Below, piece after piece: positions 50,642 through 61,130 of a stretch of DNA of 64,000 nucleotides; within the stretch, counting starts at the first letter, position 1; every line of letters begins with the position of its first letter. The DNA comes from Eledone cirrhosa. Its lineage: Eukaryota. The DNA lies in contig OZ024742.1 in the NCBI GenBank assembly GCA_964016885.1, positions 301,444,001 through 301,508,000 on the forward strand. The letters run 5' to 3'. The position numbers and the translations under genes are program-made. The notes beneath the pieces were generated by a model. That model saw only the letters and a list, made by a program, of their open reading frames with translations. It was not told the DNA's origin and searched no databases.

Positions 50642-50969
50642 TGAGAGAGAGAGTGGAGTACATACATATATACATATGCATGCACACACAAACACATATA
50701 CACACAGATCCACACCCATGCACACACACAGCCCACCTGCCCTCACACACACATTCAAACCTCCTCCCATACACACATTTGAACATTCACTAAAATCTAT
50801 TTTTCATCTTCTTTTTCTTCAATTCTTTCTTCTTTTTATATATTTTTATCAATGAAGTTAAACATTTCATTTATCAAACATTTTTCACATTAACCTCCCT
50901 TCCTATTATATTCTCAATCATTTCCTTTTTGTACTGATTATTGTGGAGACCTCAGGTGTCCTTAGTCAC

Positions 50970-51440
50970 TTGACTGCTATCAAACATCCCATGTCCCCCC
51001 TCAGTCCTCAGATTGCCATCAAACCTCCAGTGTCATCAGTCCCTGAATTGCTGTCAAAACCTCTGATGTCCCACTCGGTCCCTGGATTGCTATCAAAACC
51101 TCTGGTGTTTCACTCGGTCCCTGGATTGCTGTCAAACCTCTGGTGTCCCACTCAGTCCTTAGATTGCTGTCAAAACCTCTGGTGTCCCACTTGATCATTG
51201 GTTGCTGACAAAACCTCTGGTGTCTCACTCAGTCCCTAGATTGCTGTCAAAACCTCTAGTGTCCCACTCAGTCCCTAGATTGCTGTCAAAACCTCTGGTG
51301 TCCCACTTGATCATTGGTTGCTGACAAAACCTCTGGTGTCTCACTCAGTCCCTAGATTGCTGTCAAAACCTCTGGTGTCCCACTCAGTCCCTAGATTGCT
51401 GTCAAAACTTCTGATATCCCACTTGATCATTGGATTGCTA
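50970..51440. repeat. 38-39-bp minisatellite, about 12 units
   Basis: aaaacctctggtgtcccactcagtccctagattgctgtc and variants. Confidence 0.9.
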
Positions 51441-51541
51441 TTGCTCTCTGCAAAACCAGAGGTGTTCATCTCACCTGAGGAAGGAGTACTGTGATATGGA
51501 ATGACTAGTGCAGTGAGTTTCACTGGCTGTTCTCTATGGCA

Positions 51542-53980
51542 ATCATCATCATCATCATCACCGTTTTACGTCCGTTCTTCCACGCTAGCATGGGTTAGAC
51601 GGGTTGTCCTGTTGTAGGCAGTGTCTGGTCGGCTGACCATGCCTTGCTCATACAGGAACTGATCTGGCTTGATTTCTACAGCTGGATGCCCTTCCTAACA
51701 CCAACCTCATTTACAGTGAGTGCTGGGTGCTTTTTCGTGGCGCCTACACGTCCACTTTACAGTGTGGGCTGGGTGCTTTTTTGCCGTGGCACCTCCACGA
51801 CCACCTTGCGGTGGGGGGGGGGGCATATTGTTTATATGCTTCAGCATGTACCCATGGGAGGTCGGGTACCCTGTATTACTGCGTGACGCCAGAAGTCACG
51901 GTCGTGTGTCATTGACTTTGAGAGGTGTAGTTGGGTAAGGTCGGCTTTTATCACCTCATCCCAAGTCATCTTGGGTCTCCCCACTCCGCGGTTTCCATCA
52001 ACTTCTAGTGCTCTGCACCTTTTTATGCAGCTGTCATCCTTCATACGCATCACATGTCCATACCAGCGTAACCGCCTCTCCTGCACGCAGCATTTGATTC
52101 CTCTTATGCTCAGTCTCTCTCTCAATTCATTTATGCTTTGTCGTTCACGTATATTACTGTTACACATCCATCGGAGCATGCAGGCTTCGTTTCTCTCTAA
52201 TCTACGTAAGTCTTCCACCTTCAGCGCCCAGGTCTCACTACCATGCAACATCGCTGTTCGGATACACGCATCATACAGTCTGCCTTTCATTCTGAGGGAG
52301 AAGCCTTTTGCAGCTAGCAGTGGTAGTAGTTCCCTAAACTTCTTCCATCCCGTTCTTACCCTAGTTATTGTACTTTCTGAGCACCCACCTCCGTTGCTAA
52401 TTCGGTCACCTAGGTAGCAGAAGCTGTCTACTGTTTCTACAGGGCCCTCCCAGAGATTGGTGGTACTTGTTTCCTGTGGCTGTTTGCTTGCTGTTTCAGC
52501 ACAGCTGCTGCATGTGAATCCTACATTCTTAATTAAGCTTCCTGAGATCCCGCTACATCTCTTGTGTACCCATTGTTTGCATTTGGGGCAAAGAATGGAG
52601 TTCCTACCTACACCTTTCCTACATACTGAGCAAGGCCATTTCCCTGAGGGGATCTGGGTTCTGTTTTCTCGTCTACTTATAAGGACCTTAGTCTTTGTCA
52701 TGTTGACTTTGAGGCCCTTTCTCTCTAGTCCCTGCTTCCAGGTTTGGAATTTATTCTCTAGTTCTACCATAGATTCAGCTATGAGTGCGAGGTCATCAGC
52801 ATACAGGAGTTCCCATGGGCATCCGGTCTTAAACTCCTCCGTTATTGCCTGCAGGACTATGATGAACAGGAGAGGGCTAAGAACAGAGCCCTGGTGGACC
52901 CCAACCTGTACGCTAAATTCCTCGCTATACTCATTGCCAATCCTAACTTTGCTGACTGCTCCCCTATACATGGCTTGTACCGCTTTCACAAGCCATTCAT
53001 CTACTCCTAGTTTTCTAAGAGCCCACCAGATTACTGCACGTGGAACTCTGTCAAAGGCTTTCTCAAGGTCGACAAATGCCAAGTAGAGTGGCTTACTTTT
53101 AGCTAGGTACTTTTCCTGTAATTGCCTCACAAGGAAGAGCGCATCAGTGGTGCCTTTCCCTGGTACAAACCCAAATTGCATCTCGTCTATATTCACCCGG
53201 TCCCTAATCAGCTGTGCTATAACTCTTTCTGTTACTTTCATGACCTGGTCCATCAACTTTATACCTCTATAGTTTCCTCTATCTAGTGCATCGCCTTTAC
53301 CTTTGTAGCAGTTGACAATGATGCTACTGCACCAATCTTTTGGTATGGCCCCCTCTAGTATTACCTGGTTAACGATACGTGTGGTTATAGTGTGACCTAC
53401 AGACCCAGATGCCTTCAGCATCTCGGCAGCTATACCCGATGGACCGGTTGCCTTCCCTATCTTCATATCTCTGATTGCCTTACTTACTACGCTGCCGCTG
53501 ACTTGTACTGCTGGTCCCTCTATAGGGTCTACGTGGGGTAGGGTCTCTTCTTCCCATGCATTCTCCTCATTTAGTAATCTATCATAATGACTCTTCCATG
53601 CATCTTTCTTCTCAGCACTTGTGAGGGCAAGCTCACCTTTATCATTCCGGATACACTTCTCTCCAATGACATCACAACTATCTCTGACACACTGCCTCGC
53701 AATCTTGAATACCTCCTGTTTCTGGTCCTCACGTTGTAAAACATGCTTGAATTTTCTATCCTCTGCTTCCCTCCTAGCTAAGTATACTTGTCGCCTAGCT
53801 TCCCTCTTGGTCTCTATGTAATGTACCCTGCTCCCCCCGTTCTTCCATTCTTTCCATGCCTGTCTCTTGGCCTTGACTGCTTCATCTACCTTATTGTTCC
53901 ACCACCAAGTCACTCTCCTCCTGCTTGAGGTCTTACTCCAGCCACAAACCTCATCCGTCGCCTCTAGTAAGTTATTTTTT
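51542..53980 (-). mobile_element. RTE-clade LINE, 5'-truncated, with uninterrupted RT frame; same subfamily as 43510-47212
   Basis: ORF 51841-54003 (720 aa) nearly identical to the 43822 ORF; (CAT)n tail at 51542. Confidence 0.95.
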
Positions 53981-54796
53981 GCCATCTTGTTTGTGGGGCA
54001 CAACAGAGATATACAATTTAGTTAAAGGTTTTTTTTATCTTTTTCTCTCTTCACGTTTACTGTATCCCCTTATTTTTAATTACTATTCATCCAAACCTTA
54101 TATCTACCATTTTCACTCTGCTTCAACACATTTGAGACTGGTTCTGATACACTGTCCCCGACCACCCCAACCACCCCAACCACCCCAACCACCTCAACCA
54201 CCTCAACCACACTATCCACTCCAAACTAACTCAATTGTTAACTAGTTTGTACAGAAATATATCTAACTATTTGTTTATTTAAATAGCTAGTGTTGCGTTA
54301 TCAGAATATAAATCAGTATCAATAATACATTAGTATTTTGTTTATTTGACTTCTAAAAGAGGAAAAGTAGAGTTCACCTTAGCAATATTTGAACACAGAA
54401 CATAAACTACACAACTAAATACCACAAGGTATACCACTTCTAAATATACTGACTCTCTGCAGTGACTTGTTTAATGATACTGTCCTCCCCCTCCCTCATA
54501 CAAGGTTTTGAGGCCCTTGCAAAAGCCCATGGATTCTGTCCTTCCTCTTGACGATCTTGATTATAAACCCCAATCATTACTAGTTCAAGGAAACTGACAA
54601 CGATCTACATCATTAAAAATGATAATAATTAACTGTTAATATCCTATAATTATTTATCAGAAAATATTTAAAAACAGGTTTGTTAATTCAAATGATTAGT
54701 ACCTTTATTAATGAAGAGATTGATGTGAATATTTGCAGTAAACTAAAGAATGACTTGTCAATATGGTTTCATGTGATACAGCATGTTAATAGTTAA

Positions 54797-55016
54797 CACT
54801 TTAGCATTTAAACCACCCGTATCCGGCCAGAATTCTCTCACCTCTTTCTGTTCAAACCAGCCGTAACTGACCATTCATACTGATATTAAGGTGTTGTTCT
54901 CAAAATAAATAATATTAAAATTTCATAGATTCAATGTTATGAGACAAGTATGTAAGATAAAGCCTTTACTGTGAAAATACAATAGTAAATATAGAGTAAT
55001 GCAAATGCTAAAGAGT
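54797..55016. mobile_element. piggyBac-like MITE
   Basis: TTAA on both sides (54793 and 55017); imperfect TIR cactttagcattt / aaatgctaaaagag. Confidence 0.55.
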
Positions 55017-55219
55017 TAAACCCTAAATTTGTAGATGTCATTAAATTTAATTGTTGTTGTTTAATGAAAGGTGAAACATCATCTTTTAATTTGTTGTTGT
55101 TTTAATGATACAGTTATTTTAAAATGGCAATTAGTTTTTAAAAACATTTGTACAGTTTTCTATATTATTTTATGCATATGTCTTTCAATGGATTTTATGT
55201 CGAACAATATGTTTTTTAT

Positions 55220-55705
55220 CAATATCTTTCTCCAAATGTGTTCCTATTAATATCTTTCTATTAATTAATATATTTCTACAAATATCTTTCTACAAATGTC
55301 TTTCTACAAATGTCTTTCTACAAATATGTTTCTACTAATACCTGTCAACAAATATCTTTACAAACATCTTATAACGTTCCACAAATATCTTTCTACAAAT
55401 AACTTACCACAAATATTTTTCTATAAATATATTTCTACAAATATCTTTCTACAAATATCTTTCTACAAATATCTTTCTACAAATATCTTCCTACAAATAT
55501 CTTCCTACAAATATCTTTCTACAAATATCTTTCTACAAATATCTTTCTACAAATATCTTTCTACAAATATCTTTCTACAAATATCTTCCTACAAATATCT
55601 TTACAAATATCTTTCTACAAATATCTTCCTACAAATGTATTCCTAAAAGTATCTTTCTACTAATATCTGTCAACAAATATCTTTCTATAAAAATCTTTCT
55701 ATAAA
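55220..55705. repeat. 14-bp minisatellite
   Basis: (acaaatatctttct)n. Confidence 0.92.
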
Positions 55706-56439
55706 TAACTTCCAAAGAAGGTCTTTTAATGAATATGTCTTGCAACCAGTTTGTCTTTTGGCCAATATGTATGTCTCCTTTTTACTCCAATAAATATTCT
55801 TAATCACCCATAATCAAAATAATTCCAGCCATGACCATCCTCTCTATTTCTGTACTGTGATTATTGGTGGTGGTTGTAGTGGTCTTTGTCATCATCAAAT
55901 GCCAAATCCCGCCGAGGTTGACTTTGCCTTTCATCCTTACGAGGTCGATAAAATAAAGTACCAGTAATGCACTGGGTATTTGCTGGCCTTGTGCCTAAAG
56001 TAGAAACAATTTTTTTTTTTTTATTTATCTTAGACATTTATTTGTCGAAGACAAAGGTTGTGATATAGTTGTGGTGGTTGTGGTTAAAATGATATCATAG
56101 TTGTGGTGACTATCAAGACTGGCTATTTTTGTTGTGGTTGTAATCAAGGGATATTTAGCTGCTGTTTCTAGCAGTTCAAACGAGACTAGGTAGATGTTTC
56201 TTAATTGATTTACAATGTTATTGTAGTTGGTTTCTTATCTCTGTTATTCTATTAGTAATTTCTTTATAACTAGGATTAACTCAATCCCATTACTAGGGCT
56301 TGATGAACACAACCACAAGGATATGGTCCGAACGTGGAAGAGCCGAACTCCCACTGTCAACGCCTCCATCTCTCTTGCCCTCCCCATCTCTCCGTATGGT
56401 GAGCAAATGGGGTCCCATGTGCTGGCCTCCCCATTGCCT

Positions 56440-56690
56440 TGGCGGACAGAATGGAGAAGACTTTCCCCGGAGGATGGTAAGGAAGATGCGCTGTAAGAGC
56501 CATTCACACTCACGAGGCTCACAGCTGAAGCTGGCCAGCTCAGCGCCTATGGTAGTGAGTAGGGAGGTAGCCCTAGGGTAAGGACATCAGAAATCTCCAC
56601 TGCCAAGGGCACAACCACGAACCTGTCGGAGAGCGACTGGTACTTGGAGAGTTTGGTCTCCTCAGCCCGACATGCAGCAGAACCTGGGTT
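56440..56690 (-). pseudogene. CRE-like non-LTR element, restriction-like endonuclease C-terminal remnant
   Basis: GSAACRAEETKLSKYQSLSDRFVVVPLAVE, then EPRECEWLLQRIFLTILRG in another frame. Confidence 0.65.
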
Positions 56691-56992
56691 ATGTATGTTT
56701 GTAATAATCCTTTTTACACCGGAGAAGGCACCCCACCACCAGAGAGGAAATCTAGAATTACACAAAAGAAAATAGCCAATCCCCTTTTTTGTGATGTTGG
56801 CCAAACCTGTACAGAGCAAGGAAAAGAAAGAAAATAAAAGGGATAAATACAAAAAATTAATGATAAGGTGTTTGTTATCATAATGACGGAGAAAGAAATA
56901 GGGTAAAAGGTAAACAGTAGAAATTAGAGAGTGTATATGTGGAGGGGAAAGAAGTAAACTGAGAGTACAAGAAACTGCAGATGAGGGGACGC

Positions 56993-57026
<34 letters not shown>

Positions 57027-57824
57027 GATTACATAAAGTGAAAGTATGTAGGAGAGAAATAGAGAGAAGGGGGAAGTACAAGAAACTTCAGAGAGAGAAA
57101 GAGAGAGAGATGGGGAAACTAGAAAAAGAGAGAGAGAGACTGAAGAGAGAGAGATAGAGTGGGAATACAATGATAAAGAGAAAGTATGTGGGAGAGAAAT
57201 AAAAAGAGAAGGGAGAAATACAAGAAACTTCAGAGAGAAAGAGATGGGGTGGGGAGAAAAGGGTGGGGAGGGAAAGAGAGAGAGATGGGTAGGGGGAGAG
57301 AGAATGAGAGATGACAGGGGGAAGAGAGAGAAAGAGAGTTCTTAATGCAAGTATTTGTAAGTATAATTAAATGGTGTTATTTACAATAAACTACTGTGTA
57401 ACAGCTTTTATAGGAATGGTAACTAGTGTTGTATAGTAACACCTTAATGACACTATCTTGGTCATTGTTGTGAAATAATTATAAATATATTTACACACAA
57501 ACACACACATGATATATTCTTGGTAAACATACTTGTGTGCTGAGGGTGCTGCTATAATCTCTCTTAATATAATAGGATAAAAATCCCATAACTCCTTGTG
57601 GAGTCGTAGAGGCACTGTCATACGGTGTGTCAAGGGCACTTTTAAACCTGACAGAGCCCAACCTTCTCCAGGTCTGAACACAGCCGTTTTTTTCTATAAA
57701 GGAAGAATCGACCCCAGTACTGGACTGCTACTTTTTTATCAACCTCAAAAGGATGAAAGGCAAAGTTGACCACAGTGCGATTTTAACTCAGAGCACGCAA
57801 TAAGGTGGGACAAATACCGTAATG

Positions 57825-58011
57825 CAGTCATGTCAAACATGCAGCCCTTTACAAGCACACCTGCGGCCCACACAAAGGTTTTTACAGCGCAAGCATATTT
57901 TATCTTCATAATACAAAATAATTAATATTAGTTGTAATGTGCACAATTAGTTGTCATGTGTGGCCCTCAGACAACACATATGTGACCCTTGGGGGACCCT
58001 TGACATGCCTG
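57825..58011. mobile_element. hAT-like MITE
   Basis: TIR cagtcatgtcaa / ttgacatgcctg; degenerate 8-bp TSD ccgtaatg / ccataaag. Confidence 0.6.
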
Positions 58012-58329
58012 CCATAAAGCATTGTATCCGATATCTTAATGACTCTTATCTTAATATAATATTGTACTGAAAATATACAGCTAGATTTGTAAATAAACCA
58101 TCAAAACATCAACTGAGTTAAAAGTTCCTAGAAAATGTAGAAAATCTTGAATGCAGAAAATTGTTGTTTTATAGCAATCAATAGGTTTGATGTCGAGTAC
58201 TGCATGGCTGGAATGGAAATCAATGTTGTGAAAACTGAGATACTCGTCCTCTCAAGGGAGCCTGCACAGTGCACTCTACATGTGAATGAAGTTCCACTGA
58301 AGCAGGTAGAGAAGTTCAAGTATCTTCAG

Positions 58330-58670
58330 GTTTGTTGGAGGGTCCTTGTTGTTCCCAGTAGGCATGCCTTCTGGAGTGTTCCAAAAAAGGGGGCTGGGAT
58401 AATGTTCTTTAACCAACCTTGGAAGCTCTTCGAGATAGTACCTAGTGCTCCCATGACAATGGGGACAGCCTTGATCTCATGATAGACCCAAATCCTTTTC
58501 AGTTCCCACTTTAAGGTCTGATGATTTTGGTATTAATCCTAATGCTCCTATTACCACAGGGATAGTTTTGTGGTCATCTACCACATGTGGTTGATTTCTA
58601 TTTCCAGGTCTTTATATTTTGACAGTTTTTCCATTTTTTTAATAGATATATTTTTGTCAGCTAGTATATA
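58330..58670 (-). pseudogene. Two R4/Dong-like endonuclease remnants
   Basis: EKLSKYKDLEIEI...IPVVIGALG and LKWELKRIW...VPIVMGALG...LQKACLLGT. Confidence 0.65.
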
Positions 58671-58681
58671 AGTATCTATAA

Positions 58682-58914
58682 GGCGGTGGATTGGCAGTAT
58701 TGGTAGAGGGTCAGATGCCATGATTTCCAGCATAGAGTTACGCCCCTTTACGGTCTAAGTTCAAATCCTGCTGAGGTTAACTTTGCCTTTAATCCTTACA
58801 GAGTCAATAAAATAAAGTACCAATAATGCACTTGGATAATTGCTGGCCTTGTGCCAAAAGTAGAAGCAATTATTATTATCGTTGTTAGTATTATTATTAT
58901 TATTATTATTATTA
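58682..58914 (+). mobile_element. Full SINE S1 (tRNA head, conserved core, (ATT)n tail); partial copies also at ~40757, 41716, 55905, 57705
   Basis: A-box tggcagtattgg, B-box gttcaaatcc, core actttgcctttaatccttacagagtcaataaaataaagtacc. Confidence 0.85.
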
Positions 58915-59140
58915 TGGCCGCACATGTGTGAAGACAGACAAGTCTGCGGGGGAAAAGGTTCGTAGCTTTAAGCTGTTTTAAAGTGTCTTTTTTTGTATTT
59001 TCTTGTCATTAACGAAACTTAAGGTACACATCTTGATTTAAAGAGAGGGATACCTCTCAATATTCGGGCTTTAAGCCCGAATATTCAGATTTATTTTTTA
59101 AAATCTTCGAAAAAAATCGCTTCCCCACCAAAAGAAAATT

Positions 59141-61121
59141 ATGGAAATTTTCGACCTTGAAACGGTAAACAACGTTCAGGTCAAAAGTTTAAAGGCAGCC
59201 ACTGCAGATTTCACCACGACTACGACGGCTACAGTCATGCCTGTCATCCACTCTACTGAATGTGAAGGCAAAACTCAAAAGCTACCATCACAACCTTCTG
59301 GCATAGCAGCAGTATCATCTGAAAACGACATCACCACCACCGCCACCACCACCACCACAACAACAACAACTCAGAGCAATAACGACAAAAACACCGACAG
59401 CTTCAATGTAAACAAGGATGGCGGTGGCAACAGCAAGAATGACAACAACAACAATAAGAGCATCAGAAACACCACATTTGCTGCAGCAGCAGCAAAAACA
59501 AAGCGCTTATTGAATATCGATATTGATATTAGCGATAAAGACGAACAGTTGGCCAAAGCGTGGAGGCTAATTAAACGGGAGAAGTCCTGGGCAAACCTGA
59601 CCATCCCGGACGAGGCAATAGCGGCCATGCAAAGGAGGACGGTGCTCTTTCGATGTATTTCGGTGCAGACACGAAAAGTGGAACTTGCGAGCCAAGCAGA
59701 GGTAGAGGCTGCTTTGGAGTACATCGGAAGTAACATAGAGTACAAAGCAAGAGGCAAACAGTTCGGTACCATCTCGGTACTGTTCAAATCCGAGGCCTCG
59801 CTATTAAGCACTCGGTGATCCCCTGCAGAACGGAACGCATTATCATGCATCCGTCCTATATGGATAAAAGGACAGTGAAGGTACGCATTCCCAGCATCCC
59901 ACCAGGAATGAACATATGGTGGCTGCTGGGATGCGTAATCGAGGAGGGGACAGACACCACCCTCCTGGACATCAAAAGGACAGAGAGAGAAGACTGGTCC
60001 GGAATGGATTTGGAGATTTTTCTCCAAATGAAACCGGAGGATATAAATAACATCCCAGATTTTGCCCGCCTGCAGGACGGGACAACAATCCAACTAATGA
60101 TTGACGGAAGAAGGCCACGCTGCTTCGTTTGCGGGGAAGCCACGCATCTTCAAGCCTTCTGCCCTCAGCGCAAAAATGCAGGAGGTCGCAAACCTCCTTT
60201 GTTGCCAACGCCAGTGTCAGCACGGAAAGCTGCACCACCACCACCACCAAAAACAACATCAACAAAAACACGGACACCAATATCAAAAGCAGCCGGATCA
60301 CCACCAACACCAAAACCAATCCAAGGAGAAAACGGGGAAAGCTCTCCCACTCCCCCTACCCCCCCCCCCCCCCAACTATATACATAGACAAAAAAAATAA
60401 AATAAACGCACACACAGACACAGAGACACTCACAGACACAGACCCTTTGTCTTCCAGCAGCGAGGATGAAGGAAAACCCAAAAGTGCAAAAAAACAGAGA
60501 AAACTCACAAAAAAAAAGCCCCAACAAAACACAAAAACACACACAACAAAAAATACAGACACCACTAACGCAGACACTTCCCCAATAACATCAGCACCAT
60601 CAGCAACATCGACACCACCTCCACAATCCCCGAAACGCAAACAACCTAAACAAACACAAGTACAAATAAACACACAAATACCTGAAATTGCAGACACCAC
60701 ACCTACAACAAACATAGACATACCCGAAACAACACCACCAAAACCATCGCCACCACCTTCACCAAAACGAAAACAAATAAAACCACACCAACAAAATGTT
60801 AAAAACTTCGTGCTTGTCAGAAGGGCCAACGATAAACTGATGGCCCTCTTAGCGCGAAGTGAGGACATTCAAACAGAGGGGGAGATTTTTGAAATGAGCA
60901 CATTTTGCGTGCCAGAAGATTTGCTTCTGGTTCGAATGTCACTCAATTCTTTCAAAGAAATTCGAGAGAGCTTTCCTCAAGACGTGGGAAACCCGAATGT
61001 GAAACCCACATCAAGACTTTTAAAGGGGTTCCCAAAAGAAACCCCACCAACCATGGAGGTCGAACTACCCGACCTTCACAAGACCCGGGAGGTAAGTAAA
61101 CCTTCCCTCTCTCTCTCTTAG
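59141..61121 (+). pseudogene. Tx1-like ORF1 with CCHC knuckle and Pro/Thr/Lys-rich tail; two frameshifts (~59795 and the poly-C at ~60365)
   Basis: Overlapping ORFs 59141-59818, 59815-60387 (CFVCGEATHLQAFC) and 60129-61121. Confidence 0.8.
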
Positions 61122-61130
61122 CTTACCAAT

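Noticed and set aside
59795-59818. Programmed frameshift in Tx1 ORF1
   Set aside because: No slippery heptamer; a 1-nt deletion restoring FKSEALAIKHS is simpler
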